A stretch of 64,000 bases of DNA, taken from a virus. Each line of letters starts with the position of its first letter. Positions within the stretch are counted from its first letter, which is position 1. Of the stretch, positions 28,325 through 39,000 are shown piece after piece. The notes below the pieces were generated by a model that was given only the letters and a program-made list of their open reading frames with translations, did no database searches and was not told where the DNA came from. Made by a program: the position numbers and the translations under genes. The stretch is from the IMG/VR virus record IMGVR_UViG_3300020248_000002, one strand, 5' to 3'.

Positions 28325-28415
28325 AGTTTTGCTCCAATTCAGTTTTATATGATATAATATAGAACAAAGGTTTAAAGCATAGGTCTTTTCCTAATTCTAT
28401 TTTTATTTATTGTTT

Positions 28416-28589
28416 ATGAAACGTGACAAAGTAACAAAAGTAAGAGCACAAGTGAAGTCTAGGTGGTATTACTTATTTTGGGGTGCTGCTACATTATCTG
28501 TTTTTGCAGGTCAATTATACGTAGGAACGGGGTACCGCAGTATGTCTGGATCTATTGACACATTAATTGAACAAATATCTAACAGATAA
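28416..28589 (+). CDS. 57-aa membrane protein (absent from ORF track)
   Basis: MKRDKVTKVRAQVKSRWYYLFWGAATLSVFAGQLYVG... Confidence 0.6.
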   Translation: MKRDKVTKVRAQVKSRWYYLFWGAATLSVFAGQLYVGTGYRSMSGSIDTLIEQISNR

Positions 28590-28615
28590 ATAAAATTAAT
28601 ATACATTATTAATTT

Positions 28616-28915
28616 ATGTTATCAACTGCCTATCGTCTTCGGTTAGAAGGCATCTGCAAATCTATTGCAGCGAAACAAGAAGTAAGTCTAGATGATATGA
28701 TATGGGCAGAAAAATTATCAAAAAGTAATACATCAGCAAGAGGAATGTTGAGTAAAGCAAGAAGATTAGTGACAGATGACGATTCAACTTTTCTTAAGTA
28801 CTTGGATATAGGAGACTCCGATCCAAGGAAACATAGAAGGGGTTTCAGTGGGGCAGACGATATAGCAGAATGGTTTAAAAACAAAAGATCAGATGATTGG
28901 AGGCAACGTGACTGA
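28616..28915 (+). CDS. conserved cyanophage hypothetical protein
   Basis: MLSTAYRLRLE.IC, DMIWAEKL, ends DDWRQRD; TAAATA upstream. Confidence 0.7.
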   Translation: MLSTAYRLRLEGICKSIAAKQEVSLDDMIWAEKLSKSNTSARGMLSKARRLVTDDDSTFLKYLDIGDSDPRKHRRGFSGADDIAEWFKNKRSDDWRQRD

Positions 28916-29153
28916 ATATGAAAAACGAGCAGAAGACCCCTGTTGGCAACATAAACAAAAGTGCATCGCAATGTTCACCCTCGATTCACACAACACTTCT
29001 TACTTATATCGAAGAGAAGATGGAACATATTACTGGCAGCATTGTAGAAAAGAAGCGGAAGACGATCTCTTCGTAGATGCTGATGGTCTACAATTAGAAC
29101 TTCTAGGTGATCCTGTTTTATCTAAAGAATTTATTTTTAAGGCAATATTCTAA
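28893..29153 (+). CDS. hypothetical protein
   Basis: ORF coupled to PTOX. Confidence 0.5.
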   Translation: MIGGNVTEYEKRAEDPCWQHKQKCIAMFTLDSHNTSYLYRREDGTYYWQHCRKEAEDDLFVDADGLQLELLGDPVLSKEFIFKAIF

Positions 29154-29653
29154 TGAAAAAACTAAACACATTTGTTTTAGACTTCACAATAACTATCCTT
29201 GACTATTTGTATAGGGGTAGAGATATACAAAGATTTTGGGTGTTAGAGGTTATTGCTCGTGCACCCTATTTTTCTTTTATAAGTGTTTTACACTTTAAAG
29301 AGTCATTAGGACTTAGGGGTGATGAACACATCTATCTTATGAAAGAACATTTCTGGCAATCATTAAATGAAACAGAACATCTTGAAGAGATGGAACGTAG
29401 AGGTGGAGATGAAAAATGGATTGACAGATTCTTTGCCAAACACTTAGTTCTATTTTATTATTGGACTATGGTTGCATATTATTTCATAGATCCTTTAAAT
29501 GCGTATGATATTAATATGAAAATTGAGAAGCACGCATTTGAAACTTATACAAAGTATCTAGCATATCATCCAGAAGATAAAAAGATTGCAGAGATCGCAC
29601 AAGACGAACTCAATCACGCAAAAGAACTTCAACACGCAATGTCATTAATCTAA
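29153..29653 (+). CDS. ptox: plastoquinol terminal oxidase
   Basis: RFWVLEVIARAPYF, NETEHL..ME, IEKHAFETY, DELNH di-iron motifs. Confidence 0.93.
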   Translation: MKKLNTFVLDFTITILDYLYRGRDIQRFWVLEVIARAPYFSFISVLHFKESLGLRGDEHIYLMKEHFWQSLNETEHLEEMERRGGDEKWIDRFFAKHLVLFYYWTMVAYYFIDPLNAYDINMKIEKHAFETYTKYLAYHPEDKKIAEIAQDELNHAKELQHAMSLI

Positions 29654-29811
29654 TGAATCATTACACAATCGGGTATCACGATACCCAATATATTCATCAC
29701 GAAATCTGTGAATATGCAGAAGACGCATACACCGCTATTAAACAAGCGAGACAAGATTTGAAGGGGTTTGACAATCCTCACGCTGCTGAATATTGCATAC
29801 GAGAAGACTGA
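29653..29811 (+). CDS. 52-aa His/Cys protein (absent from ORF track)
   Basis: MNHYTIGYHDTQYIHHEICEYAEDAY...; TAATG-coupled to PTOX. Confidence 0.6.
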   Translation: MNHYTIGYHDTQYIHHEICEYAEDAYTAIKQARQDLKGFDNPHAAEYCIRED

Positions 29812-29859
29812 TCTAGAACTTGTATAAATAAGATTGTATCAAATACCGCCTAGAGTGCT

Positions 29860-31185
29860 GTGGGAACAAAAAGAATTTCGCAATTAGAAACTCTGGCAGA
29901 CGAGGTATTGACTGGTGAAGCGATTCTACCCGTTGTTATCTCCGATCCTCTAATACCAAATAGAAAAGCAAGGATAAACCAACTTTTTAAAGGTGTAAGT
30001 GCGGGATCACAGTCTCAGCCAGGGTTATCCTTCGATTTGGATAGGGACACTGGACTATACCAGAACGCATATAACGAGATAGGACTTGCTTTCGGTACAT
30101 CATCTATGTACTACAGGAAGCAGAATAATGCTGACGGATCAGCAACTATTCGTTTGATTGCAGGTGACACAACTTCATCCAATGTTAACATTGATCTCAG
30201 ACCTCAAGGTTCTGGGAAATTTTTAGTGAATGGACCTACAGAACTTACAGACGTTAACTTTTTCTTAGCAGACGACCAAAACCCAGACAAAAGAGCAAAG
30301 TTTGAAATTTCTAATGTGTCAACAGGAGCAGGTATTCGTACCTTTGCTTTACCTAACACAGGAAGTTTTACATCTACAACTCTTATAGGTAACGATACAG
30401 CACAAACAATATCAAATAAGACTATCATCATACAGGATGGTAACTTACAGATAATTGGTTCGTCTAATGCAGGAAAAATAGCAAAGTTTGAAACTGACTC
30501 TTGGGAAGCACCAGTAGAACACATCTACAGACTACCTGACTATGGAACATCTGCATCACAGTCAACTCTGATAGATACTATTACTGAACAAGACATCAGT
30601 AACAAGAATTTGATCAACCCTTCAATATCTGATATTGCATCGGGTGATCCAAATAATCCAACACCTAAAGTTACTTTTGCATCAGGTGACGTTACTACAG
30701 ACAGAACAGTAACATTTCCTGATCAATCGTTTACAGTAGCAGGTATTGACGCAACTCAAAACTTTACGAACAAAAACTATGCAGACCCTTACTTTGTTAA
30801 TGGTGCTGATTTAACTGCTCGTATTTTCTTTGACTTAACAAATGTTTCGGGTGCTACTACTCTTAAATATGAGTTCCCTGCAACTAACCTAAATACAAAT
30901 ATACTTGCAAACAACACTCTAGTTGCTACGCAAGCATCACAGGTTTTATACAACAAATCTATTGTTGGATTAAAATTAATTGATGAAGTAGATGATCAAA
31001 GGATTATTAACCTTGATCTAAGTAACATCACAGGAACTAAAACCATTCAGTTTCCAGACGCAGATGCTACACTTCTATCAACAGCAAACGTAGGCACATT
31101 GGGTGTTTCGTTCGGTGGTCCAATTTCGGCACCTGATCTAGGTGGCAGACTTAGATTACAACAACATTTCGCAGCAGGATGGTAA
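29860..31185 (+). CDS. late virion/tail structural protein
   Basis: TATAAATA at 29823-29830; repeated LP..S.TL.....Q.ISNK units. Confidence 0.7.
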   Translation: MGTKRISQLETLADEVLTGEAILPVVISDPLIPNRKARINQLFKGVSAGSQSQPGLSFDLDRDTGLYQNAYNEIGLAFGTSSMYYRKQNNADGSATIRLIAGDTTSSNVNIDLRPQGSGKFLVNGPTELTDVNFFLADDQNPDKRAKFEISNVSTGAGIRTFALPNTGSFTSTTLIGNDTAQTISNKTIIIQDGNLQIIGSSNAGKIAKFETDSWEAPVEHIYRLPDYGTSASQSTLIDTITEQDISNKNLINPSISDIASGDPNNPTPKVTFASGDVTTDRTVTFPDQSFTVAGIDATQNFTNKNYADPYFVNGADLTARIFFDLTNVSGATTLKYEFPATNLNTNILANNTLVATQASQVLYNKSIVGLKLIDEVDDQRIINLDLSNITGTKTIQFPDADATLLSTANVGTLGVSFGGPISAPDLGGRLRLQQHFAAGW

Positions 31186-31192
31186 CTAAACA

Positions 31193-33100
31193 ATGACAGC
31201 AGGAAGACTAGCAGCGGTAGCACCGTCTGCAACTACAAATACAGTCTTATACAGTTCAGATATTAATGACACTACATCAGGTGTAGTTCATATATGTAAC
31301 CGTGGAGGTTCAGCAGGAACGTATAGACTGGCACATAAAGATTACACTCAAGAACTTACTCTTGATGCTAATACATACAAATTTCAAAAAGGTAATGTAG
31401 TAACAAAGTACAAGTTAGCACTAACCCCAGGATTAACTGTTGGAGACGCAACCCCAGGTTTAGAAATCTCAGGTGCTCAAAGTAATTTTACAGCAAAACT
31501 TGCTGACGTTGTAAAAACTACAACCACTACAACTTACTCAGTAAAAGTTGCAACCACAAGTAATATTGGAGTTGACTCAGCACAAAATGCGGGTACATTC
31601 CAAGGTGGTGAAACAATAACTGGTAGTGTCTCTGGACTGACTGCGACATTCAGAGGAACATCTACTACTGGTTTAAACATTGAGATGGCAAATATGGGAA
31701 CTGGTGTTACCTCAGTACCTGTTACTTCTGCCACAAACATTAATGCTAACGATTATCTATTCTTATCTGACGGAACTGCATCTGCCGAGGTAGTTACTGT
31801 CACTAACGCTGCATTTAACTCTGGAACTACAGGACCTGGAGTTTTGACAATCACACGTGGAACCTTTGGTACAACTCCTGCTGCACATACCCCAGGTCAA
31901 TACGTAACAGCATACACTCCGTCAGGAACTACCACAACTATTAACGAGGGTGGTACATTCGCGTCAGGAGACACAACTTTGACTGTAACCAATGGTGCTG
32001 CCATACTTTCTGGTTCATACATTGTCATTGGTAATGAAATTTTGCAAGCAACTAACGTTTCTGGTAATGACGTTACAGTTGTTCGTGGACAAATGGGAAC
32101 CACTGCTGCTAACCATAACGACGGTGTAACAGTAACTCCATTAACAGCAGCGGGTTCAGCAGGTTTCTATATCTTTGTTACAGGTGAGACATTAACAGGT
32201 GGTACATCAAACGCAACTACTGTTGTTCAAGATACTATTACAGTTGATAAAACATTTACAGCGGGATTTATCTGGTCAGTAACATCAGGACAAGAGGTTG
32301 TTCCTGAGACCACATTCTCACTAAACATTGATCAAACATATAGATTTGATATTTCTGACTCAACTAACACAGGTTTACCTTTCAGATTCTCTGACGTTAA
32401 TGAGGGTACAAACGCTACTCCAACCCCAGGAACTGAATTTACAACTGGTGTTACAAAGGTTGGTACAGCAGGTTCTGGTGGTACTGCATACATTGAAATT
32501 GCAATTTCTGCTACTACTCCTGATCCTATATTTTATTATGCTGAAGGACAGGCAGGATACTCTGGATCTATTGATGTAAACCCAGATCCTACTTTTTCAG
32601 AAGTATTTGTATATGATGTAGTTGGAACTCCTGTGACTGGTAATACATTTACAGTTGGTACTGCATCACAGACTGTTGGTGTTGTAACAGCAGGTGCCTT
32701 CGGATATGTAACTTCTTGGGATACAACTACAAGTAAGTTAAAAGTATTTGTTGATAATGATTCACCTGCTGCATTTGCGAGTTCTGATACATTCCCAGAT
32801 ACACCTCCTGGTCAAGGACCTACAAGAGCAGTAGCAACAGTAAGTAGTGTAACTGCTGCAACTGATGTAGAAACTGGAGATTATCTTTACTATGATACTG
32901 CTATTGGTGCTAACGCAACAGCAGAACATAAAGGTCTAATTATAGGACCTGGATCACATTTAATTGTATATGCTTCAAGTGCAGATATGAGTGCACAAGT
33001 GAATGGATTTGTTAACACAGTAAGTGATTACAGCATCGTAGATTACGTTCCTCCCGCAGGTGGAATTGGTGGTGGCGGTGGCGGTGGTGCTGCACCCTAA
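31193..33100 (+). CDS. late virion/tail-fibre-like protein
   Basis: T/G/A-rich; two RG..GTT.A.H repeats; YRFD.SD..N...PFRFS. Confidence 0.7.
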   Translation: MTAGRLAAVAPSATTNTVLYSSDINDTTSGVVHICNRGGSAGTYRLAHKDYTQELTLDANTYKFQKGNVVTKYKLALTPGLTVGDATPGLEISGAQSNFTAKLADVVKTTTTTTYSVKVATTSNIGVDSAQNAGTFQGGETITGSVSGLTATFRGTSTTGLNIEMANMGTGVTSVPVTSATNINANDYLFLSDGTASAEVVTVTNAAFNSGTTGPGVLTITRGTFGTTPAAHTPGQYVTAYTPSGTTTTINEGGTFASGDTTLTVTNGAAILSGSYIVIGNEILQATNVSGNDVTVVRGQMGTTAANHNDGVTVTPLTAAGSAGFYIFVTGETLTGGTSNATTVVQDTITVDKTFTAGFIWSVTSGQEVVPETTFSLNIDQTYRFDISDSTNTGLPFRFSDVNEGTNATPTPGTEFTTGVTKVGTAGSGGTAYIEIAISATTPDPIFYYAEGQAGYSGSIDVNPDPTFSEVFVYDVVGTPVTGNTFTVGTASQTVGVVTAGAFGYVTSWDTTTSKLKVFVDNDSPAAFASSDTFPDTPPGQGPTRAVATVSSVTAATDVETGDYLYYDTAIGANATAEHKGLIIGPGSHLIVYASSADMSAQVNGFVNTVSDYSIVDYVPPAGGIGGGGGGGAAP

Positions 33101-33127
33101 CTAAATATAAACAGAAGGAAATCCTAG

Positions 33128-36100
33128 ATGGCATTAACTCGTCTTAAAAATATCATCACGTCGAGGACTGGTCGTATTATATACGTCAACCCTGACGACT
33201 TCGATGCGTCGGATGCGTATGACAACCGAGGTAACTCTGCGTTACGACCTTTTAAGACGTTGCAACGTGCCTTTTTAGAAGTAGCAAGATTTTCATATAG
33301 AGTTGGTTTAAGTAATGACGAATTTGACGCATTTAGTATCTACCTATATCCCTCAGAGTATGTTATAGACAACAGACCTGGGGTTGCTACGTTTGGAGAG
33401 ATCACTCCATTTGATGAAAACTCTAACTTTGACTTAACTTCCTCAAATAATATCTTATATAAATTTAACTCTGTTAACGGTGGAGTTATATGCCCAAGAG
33501 GTGTTTCTGTTGTTGGATCTGACTTAAGACGTACAAAAATTGTACCTAAGTATGTACCATATCCCACAACACAAGCATCATTAGGTATCTCCTCTGCTAA
33601 CGAACCGTCTACGTCTGCTATATTCAGACTGACTGGTGGATGTTATTTCTGGCAGATGTCATTCTTTGATGGAGATAACAACGGTGTATATTATAGACCA
33701 GAACTTACTGACACTATTGCACCTAACTTCTCACATCATAAGATAACTTGTTTTGAGTATGCAAACACTACAGACCTAGATCTTTACTACCAAAAGATTT
33801 CTAAGGCATATGCAACAATTCCTGATACTTCTGGTAACATTGCACAAGACCAGATACAGGCAAGAGTAGAAGAAAATAGAATAGTTGGACCTATCTCAGA
33901 TGAATTCAGAGTCTCACAAATTATCAGAAACGGACAAACAGCGACTGCGTTTACTGTTGACATTCAAGATAATCCTGTTAATCACGGTTTCTCTGTCGGG
34001 GTCGCGGTCAATATCTCAGGGGTCACGGGTCCTACTGAAGCAGATGCGAATTTATATAACGGATCCTTCCTTGTAACGTCAGCACAGGGCAACCAGTTTA
34101 CATATCAGATGAGTTCTGAACCAACTGGTAACGCTATTGGTTCTAACGTACTGGTTAAAGTTGAGATTGATACTGTTGACTCTGCATCACCATATGTATT
34201 CAACTGTTCACTAAGATCAGTTTGGGGAATCAACGGTATGCACGCTGATGGTTCACAGGCAACTGGTTTCAAATCTATGGTTGTTGCCCAGTTTACGGGT
34301 ATTTCACTACAAAAAGACGACCGTGCTTTTGTTAAATACAACGCTTCAACAGGTAACTATGAAGCACAAGCAGCGGGTTCAGGTGCACATATTGATGGTC
34401 TAGCAAAGTATAGAAAGGGTTGGCGACACGTTCACATTAGAGCAAGTAATGACTCATTCATACAGGTGGTTTCTGTTTTCGCTGTTGGTTTCGGTGATCA
34501 CTTCTTCTCAGATAGCGGTGGTGACTTATCAATTACTAACTCTAACAGTAACTTCGGTAACACATCTTTAAGATCAAAAGGATTTAAGTCAGCAGCGTTT
34601 ACAAAAGATAAAGCAGGACAGATAACACACGTTATACCTCCTAAAGATTTGTCTGACGTTGCAGAAGTATCAATTAACTGGGTTACATTAGATATTGCTA
34701 AGATAAAAGCAGCAGCAGACCCAACAAAATTATATTTGTATGGTTATACCAATCAAAATGCAAAACCACCCTCAAAAATACAGGGTTACACAGTAGGTGC
34801 AAGAAAAGACTCACCTACATTACCAGATAAAGTTAACGTATTGTTGATAGCAGCGGGAGCAAGTGCACCTACAACACATAGTGCAAAGATTGATCCTTCT
34901 GGACCAGAAGTTACAGGTACATCCCCAGGTGATGATGCAAACCCAATTAAATATGATACCAACCAATCTAACTGGTACATACAGGTTGACTCATCAAACA
35001 ACGACATTTATACTACACTAATTGCAAACAGTCAGTACAATAACTTAGGATTTACACCTACTACATTCATCCGAAGAGTTCCCGATGCAAGAGACTTGAA
35101 AGATAGAATCTATAGATTTAGATATGTACTAGACAAAGATGCGTTCCCAGTTCCTAGAACTCCTATTACTGGTTTTGTTATACAACCTAGATCATCTGAG
35201 ACTAACTCTCCTGCATATGATAAGACATATTATATCTTTGAAGTTGAGACATTCCAAGAGTTTGAACGTGGTGTAAATGATGGTATCTACTATCTAACAT
35301 TGCTTAATGCTAGTGTGTCACCTGCAACATCAAACTTTGATGACTTCTCATTCTCACAACAGACTGTTGATGTATATCCTACGTTTGACAGAGATAATCC
35401 ACTCGCAGACCCAGGACCTGCTATATCAGTCGCAGATAACGAGACACTAGGATTGGTGACAACAACAGATGGTGCATCACCTAATCCAAATGAGGATAAG
35501 CAACTATCAATTACAAAAGAGACTGCACAGTTCTTCTTATTAGAACAGGAAAATAACTTAGGATATAACACTACAGCAAATACACTAAACGCTATTGTCG
35601 TTACATCCCGTCTAGGAGATGAAGAAGAAAGAAAGATCGCACTGAAATTAAATGCTGATAACTCAGTCGCACCTATATTATGTGAACTTAGACGTTATTC
35701 TATTCTTAGAGCGTCAGGTCATACGTTTGAATACCTAGGTTTCGGACCTGGAAACTATTCAACAGCGTTCCCGTCAACTCAGGTAGAAGTTTTAACCCCT
35801 GCACAGGTTAGACTGTCACAGTCATTGAAAGAAGCAGCGGGTGTTGCATACTACTCTGGTGTTAACAGTGATGGTGAACTATTCGTTGGAAACCAAGTTA
35901 TCAACCCAGTTACAGGTCAGATCACGAACGAAGATATTGCACAGTTAAACGTGTTAGGTGAAGAAAACACGACCATTCAGACATTCTCTGAGGTTGTTCT
36001 GACTGATAAACTAACTGTTATTGGTGGTGCATCTAACCAGTTAGAATCTGTATTCTCAGGTCCAGTTACATTCCAAAAGAGAATTACTGCACAGGAGAAC

Positions 36101-36703
36101 ATACAAACTCTAAGACTTACATACTCAAATGATGATGGTACAGTTCTTAGACAGACATTCTTAGCAGAGGATGATGGATCAGGTCAACCAGATATTGATT
36201 CAACACTTGCGTTTAATGATGGAGATATTATATACAATATTGATTGGGTGGCAGGTGACTCATTAGGTTGGATGTATCAGTCAGGAGTTTGGTATCAGTT
36301 TGGTATGACTGACACCACGCCAATAAAAGCAAGAAGATTTAGTAACGTTACACATTATGGTATAGGTACAATGCCTGACGCATCCAATAGGATGAAGATA
36401 TTAGGTAATACATTCCTTGATGGTAACTTAGATGTTACTGGAACTTATGGTGCTGCTGACAAGTATAGACTAGCAACTGGTATTGCTAATAACAATAACG
36501 GTGTTACCTATGCGGGTAATGGATCTACAACTTCGTTTGCAATATCCCCAGGTCACACAGCATACTCTGTTCTTGTATTCTTAAATGGTGTTGCCCAAAT
36601 CCCAGGTGTAGACTACACAGTTACTGGTAATGCAGTTGACTTTAGTATCAGTACTGCACCACAGAATAATGATACTATCCAAATCAGGGAACTTGTTATC
36701 TAA
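33128..36703 (+). CDS. large tail fibre/spike protein
   Basis: TAAATA at 33102-33107; GNS..RPFKT.QRA, GSDLRRTK, ASGHTFEY.GFGPGNYS; C-terminal LVFLNGV.Q.PG.DY. Confidence 0.75.
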   Translation: MALTRLKNIITSRTGRIIYVNPDDFDASDAYDNRGNSALRPFKTLQRAFLEVARFSYRVGLSNDEFDAFSIYLYPSEYVIDNRPGVATFGEITPFDENSNFDLTSSNNILYKFNSVNGGVICPRGVSVVGSDLRRTKIVPKYVPYPTTQASLGISSANEPSTSAIFRLTGGCYFWQMSFFDGDNNGVYYRPELTDTIAPNFSHHKITCFEYANTTDLDLYYQKISKAYATIPDTSGNIAQDQIQARVEENRIVGPISDEFRVSQIIRNGQTATAFTVDIQDNPVNHGFSVGVAVNISGVTGPTEADANLYNGSFLVTSAQGNQFTYQMSSEPTGNAIGSNVLVKVEIDTVDSASPYVFNCSLRSVWGINGMHADGSQATGFKSMVVAQFTGISLQKDDRAFVKYNASTGNYEAQAAGSGAHIDGLAKYRKGWRHVHIRASNDSFIQVVSVFAVGFGDHFFSDSGGDLSITNSNSNFGNTSLRSKGFKSAAFTKDKAGQITHVIPPKDLSDVAEVSINWVTLDIAKIKAAADPTKLYLYGYTNQNAKPPSKIQGYTVGARKDSPTLPDKVNVLLIAAGASAPTTHSAKIDPSGPEVTGTSPGDDANPIKYDTNQSNWYIQVDSSNNDIYTTLIANSQYNNLGFTPTTFIRRVPDARDLKDRIYRFRYVLDKDAFPVPRTPITGFVIQPRSSETNSPAYDKTYYIFEVETFQEFERGVNDGIYYLTLLNASVSPATSNFDDFSFSQQTVDVYPTFDRDNPLADPGPAISVADNETLGLVTTTDGASPNPNEDKQLSITKETAQFFLLEQENNLGYNTTANTLNAIVVTSRLGDEEERKIALKLNADNSVAPILCELRRYSILRASGHTFEYLGFGPGNYSTAFPSTQVEVLTPAQVRLSQSLKEAAGVAYYSGVNSDGELFVGNQVINPVTGQITNEDIAQLNVLGEENTTIQTFSEVVLTDKLTVIGGASNQLESVFSGPVTFQKRITAQENIQTLRLTYSNDDGTVLRQTFLAEDDGSGQPDIDSTLAFNDGDIIYNIDWVAGDSLGWMYQSGVWYQFGMTDTTPIKARRFSNVTHYGIGTMPDASNRMKILGNTFLDGNLDVTGTYGAADKYRLATGIANNNNGVTYAGNGSTTSFAISPGHTAYSVLVFLNGVAQIPGVDYTVTGNAVDFSISTAPQNNDTIQIRELVI

Positions 36704-36727
36704 ATAGTAATAGGACTGTAGAACACT

Positions 36728-37582
36728 ATGACCACAAAGATTAATGGTAATCAGATACAGGCAAGTACGAGAGGTCTTGTAACTGCTTGGTCTATATCAG
36801 AACAGTTAAATCTTCCACCGTTGAACCAATCGCAGATTAATGCACTTGGTACACCTGCTTATGGTACTTTAGTTTATAATACGACTGAAGATCAGGCACA
36901 AATTTATTTGCAAGATGCCAACGCAGGAAACCCAGGTTGGGATGATGTAGGTGGTGGTGGTCCTTCTGTTGGTGAAAACTCAATTATTAGAACCAACGGA
37001 ACAAACATAGAAGAAAATATCACTGTTGGACCTTCATTCAATGGTGGAGTAGAGTTTACTAACGGTTTTTCAGCAGGTCCGATACAGATTAATAATGGAT
37101 ATACTGTAACTATTGAGAACGGTGCAACTTGGACTATGATCGGTGACGATGATTTGTCTTTCGCACAATTCCAAGATATAGAATCTGGTCACGGTACATT
37201 CACTGGGACATTATCACACGCAGGTTTACAGGAACATATTTACTACTATCAGACATCTGGTACGGTAAACCATAACTGGAACAACAGTGGTAATATTTTT
37301 GTTAGAAAGACAGGTGGTGGAAACTACACTATCAATCTATCAAATGCACCAGTTGATAACACATTGAAAGCAACCTTAATGACAGTATATACCCGTTTTG
37401 AGGGTGGTACAGGTACACCTACTGGGTGGACTGTAAATGGTTACGGTTGTAACGTATATTATAGTAATGGTAGTGGTGCAAGTGGAACTATCCAAAGAGC
37501 AGACATTTCGATTCATAACCACGAAATCCCTGGAACTGGTAATCCTTATCTCGTACTAATACACGTACACAATTATAGTTAA
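36728..37582 (+). CDS. short tail-fibre-like protein
   Basis: TAAATA at 36701-36706; GGGPSVGENSIIRTN...SAGPI.I..G.TVTI..GA.W module. Confidence 0.65.
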   Translation: MTTKINGNQIQASTRGLVTAWSISEQLNLPPLNQSQINALGTPAYGTLVYNTTEDQAQIYLQDANAGNPGWDDVGGGGPSVGENSIIRTNGTNIEENITVGPSFNGGVEFTNGFSAGPIQINNGYTVTIENGATWTMIGDDDLSFAQFQDIESGHGTFTGTLSHAGLQEHIYYYQTSGTVNHNWNNSGNIFVRKTGGGNYTINLSNAPVDNTLKATLMTVYTRFEGGTGTPTGWTVNGYGCNVYYSNGSGASGTIQRADISIHNHEIPGTGNPYLVLIHVHNYS

Positions 37583-37625
37583 CCGTCTTAAGGTATAAAT
37601 AACATTAGGAAATTAAACAGGCAAA

Positions 37626-38426
37626 ATGAGTACCCTTAAAGTTGCATCTATTAGAGACCTGTCAGGCATTGGTGGATTTACACTTGCGTCAGGTAACATC
37701 ACTGCTAACGGAAATTTGACAGTTAGCAACATCACTATTAATGGAACTATGTCTGGTTCATCCAGTCAGATCGTTCCCTCTGTTAGTGGTCAAAATGGTA
37801 AGTTTTTAACTACAAACGGTTCATCTATGAGTTGGACTGATGTTAGTTCAGAAAATATCTCATCCCTACAGGTATGGACAGGTAACGGAACTTGGAATAG
37901 ACCAAGTGGTGTTAAGTATATACATATCAGAGTTCAAGGTGGTGGCGGTGGAGCGTCAGGTCACGGAGAATCAGGAGCAGCGGGTGGATATTCAGAACGT
38001 GTGTTGAATGTAGTAAATATATCTTCAGTTGGTATCACAGTTGGTGGTGGTGGAGGAGGTACTTGGTACTTCGGACACGGTGGTGATGGTGGTTCATCAT
38101 CATTTGGACCATATCTATCAGCAGGTGGTGGACACGGTGCTAATAGAAACAACCAACACTCAGGTGGACTAGGGCGTAATGGTTCTGGTGGAGACCTCAA
38201 TGTTTGGGGTGGAGGAGGACAGTCACACCACGGTGGTGGTGGAGGAGTCGGAGGTTCTTCTCACTTTGGTGGTGCTGTATCAGGAGGTTGGCCAAACGGT
38301 GGTAACTTCTCACACAATCATCAAGATCACGCAGCGTATGGTGCAGGTGGGTCAGGTGGACACTTCCATAGTTTCCGTGGTTCAAACGGTAAGTATGGTG
38401 TTGTTACTGTTATTAACTACAAATAA
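37626..38426 (+). CDS. glycine-rich fibre/adhesin-like protein
   Basis: TATAAATA at 37594-37601; GTWNRPSGV, poly-Gly runs, SSFG, many His residues. Confidence 0.7.
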   Translation: MSTLKVASIRDLSGIGGFTLASGNITANGNLTVSNITINGTMSGSSSQIVPSVSGQNGKFLTTNGSSMSWTDVSSENISSLQVWTGNGTWNRPSGVKYIHIRVQGGGGGASGHGESGAAGGYSERVLNVVNISSVGITVGGGGGGTWYFGHGGDGGSSSFGPYLSAGGGHGANRNNQHSGGLGRNGSGGDLNVWGGGGQSHHGGGGGVGGSSHFGGAVSGGWPNGGNFSHNHQDHAAYGAGGSGGHFHSFRGSNGKYGVVTVINYK

Positions 38427-38435
38427 GAGGTTACT

Positions 38436-38963
38436 ATGAAAAAAGCATTAATGGATTTTACTGGTTACGTTGCAGACATTGTAGAACCTGGGGAAGAATA
38501 TACACTATTCTTTGGTAGAGGTTGTTCACAGATGTGGGTAAACGCACCTGATAACATAACAAAAGCGTGGACACTAGAATGGAGTCCTGCTGCTGCTGAT
38601 ATGATCTGGGTGGAAAGAACAGAATCATATACAGACCCTGCTACTGCAAGGATTGTAGCGTATGGTGAAATCGGTGAGCAATTAGATATGCTCTACAAAG
38701 ACATTGCAGCGGGAAAAGATTTAGGTGCTGCTGATGCAATATGGTTTAACCATATTAAAGGAGTAAAGGCAGCGACTACTGCACCCTCAAGTGTAGCGGA
38801 ACCAATGGATCCCACTATGACTGAAGAGGAAGTAGCAGAATTTATGAGTGACGGACAAGAACCAAGTGTAAATAGACCTTGCAAATTATCATCACAGGAG
38901 CAACCTTGTTGGGAGAGATATTCTAACTGGGGTGGTGCATATGATGAACTGGGAGCAGGTTGA
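38436..38963 (+). CDS. putative fibre assembly/chaperone protein
   Basis: R..AY..IGEQLDMLYKDI...W..HI..VK motif typical of fibre-associated proteins. Confidence 0.5.
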   Translation: MKKALMDFTGYVADIVEPGEEYTLFFGRGCSQMWVNAPDNITKAWTLEWSPAAADMIWVERTESYTDPATARIVAYGEIGEQLDMLYKDIAAGKDLGAADAIWFNHIKGVKAATTAPSSVAEPMDPTMTEEEVAEFMSDGQEPSVNRPCKLSSQEQPCWERYSNWGGAYDELGAG

Positions 38964-39000
38964 CGAAAGTGTTATAATTAGTAGTACAAACTACTGACAT

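Noticed and set aside
29860-38963. Diversity-generating retroelement or invertible fibre cassette
   Set aside because: No reverse transcriptase, recombinase or near-identical template/variable repeat pair seen.
38960-38990. sigma70 promoter for the halogenase operon
   Set aside because: TTGACG is present but TATAAT is only 7 nt away and the correctly spaced -10 is poor; left unresolved.
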